Shown one piece after another: positions 33,843 through 42,180 of a stretch of DNA of 46,285 nt; position 1 is the stretch's first letter; each line of letters opens with the position of its first letter. The notes below the pieces were generated by a model, which saw only the letters and a program-made list of their open reading frames with translations, ran no database searches and was not told the origin of the DNA. This DNA is from Candidatus Gribaldobacteria bacterium. Its GTDB lineage: Bacteria; Patescibacteriota; Minisyncoccia; Minisyncoccales; CG1-02-41-26. The position numbers were made by a program, and so were the translations under genes. The stretch covers positions 1 through 46,285 of the forward strand of contig JAPLWE010000064.1 of assembly GCA_026396705.1 (NCBI GenBank), read 5' to 3'.

Positions 33843-34774
33843 CTTTTCAGATTAAAAAAATAAAGGAGATATTAAAGAGGAAAATTTTAGAGAAAGCATC
33901 TTTGAAAGATAGCGAGATAGATATTATTATTGAGCATTATCTTATTGCTGAACTTGCGGGAATCAAAACACACGGGCTATCAAAGCTTTTTTGGGATATG
34001 AATTTTTTTCCGCAAGCGATAGGGGCTGTTCCTGAAATATTAAAGAAAGATAAAGAGGTATTATTTGTAAATATGAATGGCATGATAGGCGCTTTGGGCA
34101 TTGAATGGATGGTTAACGAATTAAAGAGAAGCAAAAAGCGTTTCGCGCACTATCAAAACCTTTTACCTTTTGGCGCCCTATTTAGCGTGGCATATAAGTT
34201 GATTAACTTGCTGGGGCTTTCTGTAATGTTATTCAATAATACTGATAGATTTATGCGCCTCAAGGGCGGGCGCGATACAATAGGCACTAATCCATTGTGT
34301 TTTGCTTTTGCTTCAAACCCGCCAGTGATATTTGATATGGCCACCTCAAAAAAAAGCATGAGCTACGCTTTTGCAATGAAAGAGCGCGGGAATGATAAGA
34401 AAAATATTTTGCCAAAGGAAACATATTTAGACGAAAAAGGATTTTTCACCGTAGATCCTTTCCGAGTTAAATATGTTGTGCCAGCTGGTGATTATAAAGG
34501 ATATGGACTTGGATTTATGATAGAGCTATTTACTAAATTTTTATTTCCCCAAAAAACCGCTACGCATTCATCGGGAAAATTTTTATGCAATGGGACGATT
34601 TTAACGATAGACTCTTCGGGTTATGATAGTTTAGAACTTAAAAAATATCTTTTAAGCTTATTAGATGGATATCCGGGAGATAAAAATATGGATGATTTAA
34701 GTAAAAGCTTATTACGCGAAACAATTGATATTGAAGACGATGCTGTTATAGAAAAATTAGGATTATTGCGATAA
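33839..34774 (+). CDS. Ldh_2-family (malate/L-lactate dehydrogenase type 2) oxidoreductase
   Basis: IAELAGIKTHGLSKL, GTNPLCFAF and DYKGYGLGFMIELF. ATGA overlap with the upstream gene. Confidence 0.72.
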   Translation: MTFQIKKIKEILKRKILEKASLKDSEIDIIIEHYLIAELAGIKTHGLSKLFWDMNFFPQAIGAVPEILKKDKEVLFVNMNGMIGALGIEWMVNELKRSKKRFAHYQNLLPFGALFSVAYKLINLLGLSVMLFNNTDRFMRLKGGRDTIGTNPLCFAFASNPPVIFDMATSKKSMSYAFAMKERGNDKKNILPKETYLDEKGFFTVDPFRVKYVVPAGDYKGYGLGFMIELFTKFLFPQKTATHSSGKFLCNGTILTIDSSGYDSLELKKYLLSLLDGYPGDKNMDDLSKSLLRETIDIEDDAVIEKLGLLR

Positions 34775-34785
34775 TGCTTGCGATA

Positions 34786-34814
34786 TTTACAAAGCTATTG
34801 ACTATATGTATAAT
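34786..34814 (+). promoter_or_regulatory. Predicted promoter (TTTACA-N17-TATAAT)
   Basis: TTTACA at 34786-34791 and TATAAT at 34809-34814, upstream of the large exported protein. Confidence 0.45.
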
Positions 34815-34864
34815 CCAAGCAATGAAAGTTTATGTTTAAGCAGATAGCCAAGGTGAAACTTTTT

Positions 34865-37800
34865 ATGAAAAAACCGTTTTTAATCTTTTTGATGGCGGTT
34901 TTTATTTTAGAATTTGCCGTTGCTTTTTTGGGGCCGCTTAAGGTTTTGGCGCAGGATAATTCTGCAAAAAAGCTTAACGCTCAAGGCCTTGAGAGGGAGC
35001 TTAAAACTTTTCAAGGTTTGTTAGCAGGCCACGATAAACAAGCGCTTTCTTTGCAATATCAGAATATTCAAACATCATATCAGAAAGTTTTGGTAGACTT
35101 GGACGCAACTAAAAGCTTTTTGGAGCAAACAAATGCATCGCCAGAAATTATTCAGCGGTTGGAAAAATTTAAAGCCGATTATCAAGTAAAAATCGGCAAA
35201 GCCCTTACAAGCTCAAGCGATTATAGCAAATTATCTAAAACTGTAGATGGCTTGCTTCCTAAAGAACAGCTAACAACCACTCCTGAAAATCCTCGGCCTT
35301 TTCAATCAACCGTAGACGGGCAGGTTATTAGAAAGAAAGAATCGTCGCTTAAGCCCAGCTTTTTGAGCTCGGTTATTTCTAGCATTAGCAAGACAATCCT
35401 TGGTAAAAGCGCTGGGCAGGTTAGCGGCGTTTTATCAAAAATAAACAGCCAACCGCTCCAGCTAGGCCTTTTGCAAACAGCCAGCATATCACCGGAATAT
35501 TTGGCCGAAGGAGGAGAAATAAAATTTAGCCAAAGCATTAAAGATTTGGCTGATAGCTTGGGCAAAGACCCGCTGAACATTCTTAATTTTGTTAAAAATA
35601 ATATTGACTATGTGCCCTATTATGGTGTTAAAAAGGGCACCGACGCCACCTTGATAGAGCGGGCGGGCAATGATTTTGATCAATCTGCTTTGTTGATAGC
35701 CCTGTTAAGATATGCTGGCTATCCAGCCAAGTATCAAAGGGGCCAAATCAAATTAAGCTTGAGCCAAGCCATGAATCTTTTGGGCGTAGATGACCCGATT
35801 GTGGTGGCCAAAATGTTTTCCAAAACTCATATTCCTTATATTTTATACACCGACGCCAATGACGCGCCTTTATTTTTTGTGATAGAGCACACCTGGGTTA
35901 CATCGTATATTACCTATGATTACACACAAGGCATTGTTCAAAACGCCAACGAGGCCGACAAAATGTGGGTGCCTCTGGAGCCCAGCTTGAAAGCGATTTA
36001 TTCCAGCCAGGTGGAAGATGTGGTTGATGAAATGGGGTTTAATGCGGCCAGCTTTTATGAGGCCTACTTGCAGGGGGCTTATGGCAGCCAAAAACCAATG
36101 CAGGCCTTTCGCGCCCAAATTGAAAGCTATCTAACAGCCAATCATCCGGATTTAGTTTATGATGATATTTTAACCAAGAGATATCGCCAAAGCGAAAAGT
36201 TGGAATTTATTCCCAATACCTTGCCCTATGAAATTATTGAGAACATCGCCGAGTATGCCCAAGCCCCGGAAAGCTTAAAACACAAAATAAATTTTCGGCT
36301 CACTGATCAAGCTCAAGGCACAGAGCTGCTAAATTGCACTACCACCTTGGCTGATTTGGCCGACAAGCAATTGGCTATCACTTACACAGCCGCCAGCGCC
36401 GCTGACCAGCAAGTGATTGACTCGTTTGGCGATATTTATAATGTGGTGCCTTTATCCTTGGTTCACATCAAGCCCGTGGTTAAGGCGCAGGGCGTAATTA
36501 AGTGCGGCGGCTTGGCTGGCGCTCCAGAAATCGCCTTGGGCAAAAAACAAAACTTAACCATGACATTTTTAACCCCCGGCCAAACCAATGGGCAATTGAC
36601 AACCTTGACTGAGGACATAATACAAAAAGAAGTAATTGCCGGCAACGACGAGGGAGTGGCCATTAACACCGACCGCATTGTTTTGCCCGAAACCCGGCCC
36701 CAGCAAGACACCCAAACAGCCGAGTTTGCCTCTTCGCAAAAACTTTACCGCACCGCTCTTAACTATTTAGGTCGTTTGCAGGAAAGCCACAACGAGCTGG
36801 CCCAAGTGTTGGGGGGAGAATTTACCAACGAGGCCACAAGAGCCATAGTGTTTAACGGCATTGATATTAGCTACCAGGCCGGCCAGCCCTACAGCTTTAC
36901 TTGGAAAGGTCTGCGCATTGACTCTTCATCTAAGGTAAACTATTTTAGCCACTTTGGCTCGGACATTAAAAAGAACCAAACAAGATTTATGCATTTGTTT
37001 GGCTTGGAGGGCTCGCTCAACGAAAGCAGTATTTTTGAAGAGGACTACAACATAGAAGCCATGAGCACGGTCAAGGGTTTGAAAATGATTAACCAAGGCC
37101 AGATTCCTAATCGGAGCGTGATAAAAATCACCAGCGCCAACCGCAACGCCATCAACGCTTTAATTATCTCCGAAGCGCTCAAAACCAAATTCCGCGCCAG
37201 TGTGGACAATGGCAACACCATTTACACCCCCAACCAGCAATTCACCTACCAAAACTGGACTGGCCTGGTCTATATTGACCTCAACCCCAACAACGGCGAC
37301 GCCGGCTACATTATCGGCGAGGGACTGAATGGGGGGTATACGGTAGAACAATGGCCGAGCGGTTGGGGACATCTCTGGAGAACGCATTTAACTCCTAATT
37401 TAACCGCCCAGATTATTTCTCCCACGCCAAACCAAATATTTACCCAAGGTAGTAAAATACCTTGGTTCGCCCACTACGAAAGCGTAGTAGCTGGCCAGTT
37501 GCTCTATGGGTGGAACGAGAGTTTTCCACTTAATGCCGCGACAACAACCGGCATTCAAACCCTACGCAGCGGCTATGGCACCAACAAGAGTGTGAGTGTA
37601 GTGATAAAAGGCCCTCAAAACCCTATGCAGATTGTATGTTATTCTGAATTAGAAAGTAGAACATTGCCAGCTGCTTCTGGGTTAATTGCCGAAGAAATGC
37701 ACTTGCCATTATGGATTGATAAAAGTTCTGGCGTTTATAAACAAAGATTAAACGATCAAGAACAATTTAATAAGCAGGATGATATTTATACACACCCTAC

Positions 37801-38212
37801 TTCTTTCCCTGATTTTTTTGATAATCTTACTGGTGCGGCGCAAACCACTAATAATATTAATAACCCCTGGATTGATCCTAAAACTGATAAATACTGGACT
37901 ATGTCAATTACTTACGCAGCATTTAATAAACCAGCTAAAGAAAATGACCACGAAAAATACTATATGAACATGAGGTGGGTCTATGGTAGCAGTAAGACAT
38001 GGTGGTTTGGCAAAAAGATTTGGATAAAAAACCCAATTACCCGGAAGGCTATAGTTGCTGGCATATTAGATTATGGGCCAGCCGAGAATACAGGCAGGGT
38101 GGCAGGCGCTTCACCAGAAGTTTTTAAGGCCATAGGGGTAAATAATGATAGCGTAGTAGAATTTTGTTGGGCAGACCAAGAGGCAGCTTATGGAAGTGTT
38201 ATAAGCTATTAA
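34865..38212 (+). CDS. Large exported protein: transglutaminase-like core (catalytic Cys position = Asp) plus C-terminal RlpA/DPBB-like module
   Basis: The start is set at MKKPFLIFLMAVFILEFAVAFLG (signal/anchor), with the SD AAGGTGA 8 nt upstream. The TGase-like core is RAGNDFDQSALLIALLRYAGYPAKYQRG..EHTWVTSYI..WVPLEPS. The C-terminus GKKIWIKNPITRKAIVAGILDYGPAENTGRVAGASPEVFKAIG is DPBB-like. Confidence 0.7.
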   Translation: MKKPFLIFLMAVFILEFAVAFLGPLKVLAQDNSAKKLNAQGLERELKTFQGLLAGHDKQALSLQYQNIQTSYQKVLVDLDATKSFLEQTNASPEIIQRLEKFKADYQVKIGKALTSSSDYSKLSKTVDGLLPKEQLTTTPENPRPFQSTVDGQVIRKKESSLKPSFLSSVISSISKTILGKSAGQVSGVLSKINSQPLQLGLLQTASISPEYLAEGGEIKFSQSIKDLADSLGKDPLNILNFVKNNIDYVPYYGVKKGTDATLIERAGNDFDQSALLIALLRYAGYPAKYQRGQIKLSLSQAMNLLGVDDPIVVAKMFSKTHIPYILYTDANDAPLFFVIEHTWVTSYITYDYTQGIVQNANEADKMWVPLEPSLKAIYSSQVEDVVDEMGFNAASFYEAYLQGAYGSQKPMQAFRAQIESYLTANHPDLVYDDILTKRYRQSEKLEFIPNTLPYEIIENIAEYAQAPESLKHKINFRLTDQAQGTELLNCTTTLADLADKQLAITYTAASAADQQVIDSFGDIYNVVPLSLVHIKPVVKAQGVIKCGGLAGAPEIALGKKQNLTMTFLTPGQTNGQLTTLTEDIIQKEVIAGNDEGVAINTDRIVLPETRPQQDTQTAEFASSQKLYRTALNYLGRLQESHNELAQVLGGEFTNEATRAIVFNGIDISYQAGQPYSFTWKGLRIDSSSKVNYFSHFGSDIKKNQTRFMHLFGLEGSLNESSIFEEDYNIEAMSTVKGLKMINQGQIPNRSVIKITSANRNAINALIISEALKTKFRASVDNGNTIYTPNQQFTYQNWTGLVYIDLNPNNGDAGYIIGEGLNGGYTVEQWPSGWGHLWRTHLTPNLTAQIISPTPNQIFTQGSKIPWFAHYESVVAGQLLYGWNESFPLNAATTTGIQTLRSGYGTNKSVSVVIKGPQNPMQIVCYSELESRTLPAASGLIAEEMHLPLWIDKSSGVYKQRLNDQEQFNKQDDIYTHPTSFPDFFDNLTGAAQTTNNINNPWIDPKTDKYWTMSITYAAFNKPAKENDHEKYYMNMRWVYGSSKTWWFGKKIWIKNPITRKAIVAGILDYGPAENTGRVAGASPEVFKAIGVNNDSVVEFCWADQEAAYGSVISY

Positions 38213-38226
38213 GGTATATAAACTTT

Positions 38227-39534
38227 ATGATTCAAAAAAATAAATTAATTGTTAAATTATTTATTATATTTATAGCCATTAGTGTTGGCGTTATTTTGTA
38301 TTTCTTGTATCCAGATTTATTTAAAAAGCAAAACATTCAAGTAGAAAAAGTTGAGAAAAGTATAGAATTTCAAAAGTTAGATATCCAACGAGTAATAACA
38401 AATCAAAAATATTACGAATATACACATGGGGTAAATTCGCCTATTTTCAACTCAAAAAATGAAAAATTATTATATACAGCAGGAGATCTATTCTCCTTGC
38501 CTAAAATTTATTCTTTGGATATAAGTTCTCAACAAAGACAGGAATTATCTAATAGTTTTGGATTTGTATCGCAAGTTATATGGTCTCCAGATTATAACTA
38601 TGCAATTATAGAGATGAGCAATCTCAAGTATGAGCTAGGAGTAGAGCAAAGTGTTTTTTTAGTAAAGGATGCGCCAGACGGAGTTTCTACTTTCTGGTTT
38701 TATGACTTAAGCAATAACAAGACAATATACTTAGACTGGAAAATGCAAGCAGTGAGTTGGTCGCCTCAAGGAGATAAAATTGCATATATTTACCAAGAAG
38801 ATAAAAAGCATTATACGCTTTACACTTCAAACCCGGATGGCTCGCAAGCAAAGAAAATCATTGACTTGAGAGGTGAGGGCACAGAGTATTTTAAAGATAT
38901 CGCAGTAGCAAACCAGGAGGATAACTATTTGTATTACTGGGATGGTGGACTTGCTTGGTCCCCGCTTGGAAATGATATTATTTATTGGGGCAAAGGTTCG
39001 CCTGGACTTATTTTGGTTGGCTTAGATGGAAATGAAAAAATACTAAAACAAGCAGAGCTAGTGGATGGCGCGCAATGGTCACCTGACGGAAATCTTATTC
39101 TTTATTCTGTACAACAGACAAAAGACGCAAAAGTAATTCTTGCCTTGATGAATGCAAGTGATAATTTCAAAGAGCAAGTCGTAGACGATAAATTAGAGTT
39201 TAATGTTCCAAGATGTGTTTGGTCTAAAAAAGATGCTGAAGTAGTTTATTGCTTATCTTTAGCAGAACTAGGCAATAAATTTTACAAAATTAATCTAAAT
39301 AAAAAAGAAATTACTGGACTAATCGATTTAGACAAATATGAAAGCAGGGAGCTATTTAGCAGAGATTCTTTGTCTTTGGCATGGGTAAAAGATAAAAATG
39401 ATAAAGGATTTTTGTTACAAGAGAAAAAAAGAAAGATTACCTATATTTTTCTTGACCCGAAAGAAGAAAAACTATATTTTAAATTTTTTGATATTTTATA
39501 CGCAATTAATTTGAAAGAAAAGGTGCAAGAATAA
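38227..39534 (+). CDS. Membrane-anchored TolB-like beta-propeller (PD40 repeats)
   Basis: The start is set at MIQKNKLIVKLFIIFIAISVGVILYF (TM anchor). The repeated WSP motifs are VIWSPDYNY, VSWSPQGDKIAYIY, LAWSPLGNDIIYW and AQWSPDGNLILYS. Confidence 0.7.
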   Translation: MIQKNKLIVKLFIIFIAISVGVILYFLYPDLFKKQNIQVEKVEKSIEFQKLDIQRVITNQKYYEYTHGVNSPIFNSKNEKLLYTAGDLFSLPKIYSLDISSQQRQELSNSFGFVSQVIWSPDYNYAIIEMSNLKYELGVEQSVFLVKDAPDGVSTFWFYDLSNNKTIYLDWKMQAVSWSPQGDKIAYIYQEDKKHYTLYTSNPDGSQAKKIIDLRGEGTEYFKDIAVANQEDNYLYYWDGGLAWSPLGNDIIYWGKGSPGLILVGLDGNEKILKQAELVDGAQWSPDGNLILYSVQQTKDAKVILALMNASDNFKEQVVDDKLEFNVPRCVWSKKDAEVVYCLSLAELGNKFYKINLNKKEITGLIDLDKYESRELFSRDSLSLAWVKDKNDKGFLLQEKKRKITYIFLDPKEEKLYFKFFDILYAINLKEKVQE

Positions 39535-39568
39535 GGTAACGGAATGCAATAGTTGGTGATGTAAGATT

Positions 39569-40036
39569 ATGAAATATCTAAACAAAAAAATAGTAATTCA
39601 CATCGTTATTATTTTAGTGCTTTTAGCAATCTACTTACTGCTGACAAGGTGGCCTGCTCCCAAAAATTTTGATAATATAAAAAACAGTCAAAATGTATCT
39701 GTAGATGATATTAACAACGATAATTGGCAGGAGATAACAATTTTTTCTATTGATGGGAAGTTGCTTAATACTGAAATTTATACCTTAAAAAATGGCAAGT
39801 TGTTTACGATTATATTTAAAGATGGAGATAAAGAGGTAAAAATATGGAGCGAGAAAAGGCCAGAGTTTATTGATTTGAACAATGATGGAAAAAAGGAAAT
39901 TGTTATTACGCATTTTTTAGCTGGCAAAACCTTAACCGAGACAGTAATCATAAAAGAATTTTTTAGATGGAATGGTGAATATTACGAAAAATATAACGAA
40001 GAGAAAAACATTGAGGACAGCGGATTTCAAGGATAA
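39569..40036 (+). CDS. Small membrane-anchored protein with FG-GAP/VCBS-like DxNxDG motif
   Basis: N-terminal TM IVIHIVIILVLLAIYLLL, and DLNNDGKKEIVIT. Confidence 0.55.
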   Translation: MKYLNKKIVIHIVIILVLLAIYLLLTRWPAPKNFDNIKNSQNVSVDDINNDNWQEITIFSIDGKLLNTEIYTLKNGKLFTIIFKDGDKEVKIWSEKRPEFIDLNNDGKKEIVITHFLAGKTLTETVIIKEFFRWNGEYYEKYNEEKNIEDSGFQG

Positions 40037-40044
40037 ATTGAATT

Positions 40045-40686
40045 ATGTTGCAGAAATATAAAATTATTCTTGGGTTATTGATATTTGTAGCATTTTTGGC
40101 TTTGATTTTTCTTTTTAGGGGGGTTATTTCTAGATCAGAAAAACCATTAGTTGAAAATGACGAATTAAAACTGTTAAGACAGTTTTTTCCCGAGAAATCA
40201 ATTGCTCCTCAAAGCGATGAAGGCCACCATATTATTGACGGAAAAGATTATTATGTAAAATCAATGGGTGATATTAATCATGACGGTTCCATAGAGTTTG
40301 TAAGCATGGAGATTGTTCAGGATCAAGGTAAAACATACAGATTTTATAAAAAAACAGCCAATGGTTATTTGCTTTTAGGAAAAGACACGAGTTTGATATG
40401 GCATTTGGAAGATGAGAAAAATAAAGAAATGGAATTTATAATGAAGGATATCACGGGAGACGGCACAGATGAGATATTGATTCCGTTTTTAATTAGTGGT
40501 TCTAATGTTGTACCTTATCATATATTTATGATTGATAGCGGAACTCAAAAGTTAAAACAAATGTTCGAAAAAAGTTATTTTTCTGCGAAGCCAGAGGGTG
40601 AAATTACTTTTGACGAAATCTATAGGGAGAACAATTTGGTAATAATGACATGGCACGGGACAAACGAAAGGGGAAAAATATATTGA
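40045..40686 (+). CDS. Membrane-anchored protein with two FG-GAP-like motifs (possibly the 5' part of a frameshifted gene)
   Basis: TM ILGLLIFVAFLALIFLF, with GDINHDGSIEFVSM and DITGDGTDEILIP. It ends 7 nt after a G_GGA_AAA heptamer. Confidence 0.55.
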   Translation: MLQKYKIILGLLIFVAFLALIFLFRGVISRSEKPLVENDELKLLRQFFPEKSIAPQSDEGHHIIDGKDYYVKSMGDINHDGSIEFVSMEIVQDQGKTYRFYKKTANGYLLLGKDTSLIWHLEDEKNKEMEFIMKDITGDGTDEILIPFLISGSNVVPYHIFMIDSGTQKLKQMFEKSYFSAKPEGEITFDEIYRENNLVIMTWHGTNERGKIY

Positions 40687-41438
40687 ATTTTGAAAAAAGC
40701 GCAGGAGCTTATCGGAATCCCGACACCGATGCTGAGGAAGATTATAAGTATAAAGAAGAGATCAATAAAGATGGAGGTGTGTGGGCAGATAGTTTAAATC
40801 AAAAAGAAATCTCAAAATGCTTGGAAGTTAAGGGAAAATTAAATGAAAGAAGTTGCCTCTTTTTAGATGACTTAAAAAGCGTAGTAAATTTGGAAGATAG
40901 CAACAGCCTGATAGCAACCTTTAAGATAAAAAGAATAATCGCAGACGAAACTTCTTGTGGCGTCCCTAATAACCAGCAGATTATTGGAGATTTTAATTTG
41001 TATCTTGTGGATAAATACTACAATATTTTAGAAAAATTTAATCTTAGCGATGCTACTCTCCTTCAGAGTGAATATGCAGGGGATCCTTTGTTGGAAGTGA
41101 TAGATGACAAAGAAATAGAAAAGTTTTATCAACCATGGGATATAGATGGAGATGGCAAAAAGGAAGAGTTTGTTGTTCAAGAGTATGGTAGTTGCAATGG
41201 TAATATTTGGAAATTTATGAAGTACAACCAAAACAATAAAAAAATAGAAAATATTTTGTTTGTAAACGATAAAGGCGACACCATGGAAGAAATATTTGTT
41301 AATCCTGGAAAAGATGCCATAAAAATTAGCGATGGATTAATTGAATATAACAATTACGATAACGCAAGCGGAAATTTTTCAGACAATGTTTATAAATTTG
41401 ATGCCGTAAAGAATAGTTTTCAATGGCAAAAACCATGA
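40650..41438 (+). CDS. FG-GAP-like motif protein lacking its own signal/anchor (possibly the -1 frame continuation of 40045..40686)
   Basis: WDIDGDGKKEEFVV. The N-terminus is hydrophilic, the ORF overlaps the upstream gene by 37 nt, and the only in-frame ATG is the first codon. Confidence 0.45.
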   Translation: MARDKRKGKNILNFEKSAGAYRNPDTDAEEDYKYKEEINKDGGVWADSLNQKEISKCLEVKGKLNERSCLFLDDLKSVVNLEDSNSLIATFKIKRIIADETSCGVPNNQQIIGDFNLYLVDKYYNILEKFNLSDATLLQSEYAGDPLLEVIDDKEIEKFYQPWDIDGDGKKEEFVVQEYGSCNGNIWKFMKYNQNNKKIENILFVNDKGDTMEEIFVNPGKDAIKISDGLIEYNNYDNASGNFSDNVYKFDAVKNSFQWQKP

Positions 41439-42175
41439 TTTTGAAGAAAATTATTTTTATAGTTTTATTGATAGTAATAGCTTTTTATTTATTTTACTTT
41501 TTTGCGGTGATGGGATTAAAGCCAAAGATAATTCTCTGGGCATGGGAAGGGCCAGAAAATATGATGTTTCTTGAGTATAAAAACAATGTAACCGTTGCTT
41601 TCTATGCTGGAGGCATTGAGATAAGAGATGGTGAAATAATAATAAAATCAAGAGCCAATCCCTTAATTGTTGATCCTCAAAAAAAGTTAACAGCGGTTAT
41701 AAGAATTGATAATTTTTCAACAAGAGAAGATTTAGAAAAATATACTCCGCAAATATCAGAGTTTATTGTTAAAAAATGCCAACAAAAAAATGTTTTTCAT
41801 TGCCAAATAGATTTTGATGCCAAGGAGTCGGAGAGAAAGGCGTATAAAGAAATTATTTTGAATGTTAAAAAAGGCCTCCCATCTTGTATTGATATATCTA
41901 TTACAGCTTTGGTTTCTTGGTGCAGTTATGACAATTGGATTAAAGATTTGCCAATATCAGAAGCTGTACCCATGTTTTATAGCTTGGGGCTTGGGGAAGA
42001 ATATGTTAAAAGAAATTTTAAGTTAAGAGAGAAAAAATGCGCAAAATCGATTGGTGTCTCTTTAGATGAATCCTTGCCAGTAAAAAAGTATATTGAGGGC
42101 AAAAAAATATACATATTTAGCGCAAATCCATGGACCGAAGAATCTTTTTTAAAAGCAGTAGAATTGCTTAAATAA
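41423..42175 (+). CDS. Membrane-anchored hypothetical protein
   Basis: TM KKIIFIVLLIVIAFYLFYFFAV, followed by a 250-aa ORF with ILWAWEG and HCQIDFDAKESERKAY blocks. I cannot assign a family with confidence. Confidence 0.55.
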   Translation: MAKTMILKKIIFIVLLIVIAFYLFYFFAVMGLKPKIILWAWEGPENMMFLEYKNNVTVAFYAGGIEIRDGEIIIKSRANPLIVDPQKKLTAVIRIDNFSTREDLEKYTPQISEFIVKKCQQKNVFHCQIDFDAKESERKAYKEIILNVKKGLPSCIDISITALVSWCSYDNWIKDLPISEAVPMFYSLGLGEEYVKRNFKLREKKCAKSIGVSLDESLPVKKYIEGKKIYIFSANPWTEESFLKAVELLK

Positions 42176-42180
42176 TTAAA

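Noticed and set aside
34832-34864. Upstream starts for the exported proteins at 34832 and, similarly, at 38164.
   Set aside because: The internal ATGs at 34865 and 38227 begin directly with signal/anchor helices, and 34865 has a good SD. The 38164 extension is the alternative frame of the previous gene's end.
35302-37387. Minus-strand ORFs inside the large exported protein gene (35302..35580, 35489..35683, 35870..36118, 36463..36711, 37160..37387).
   Set aside because: They are antisense to a 1,100-codon frame with domain-level support.
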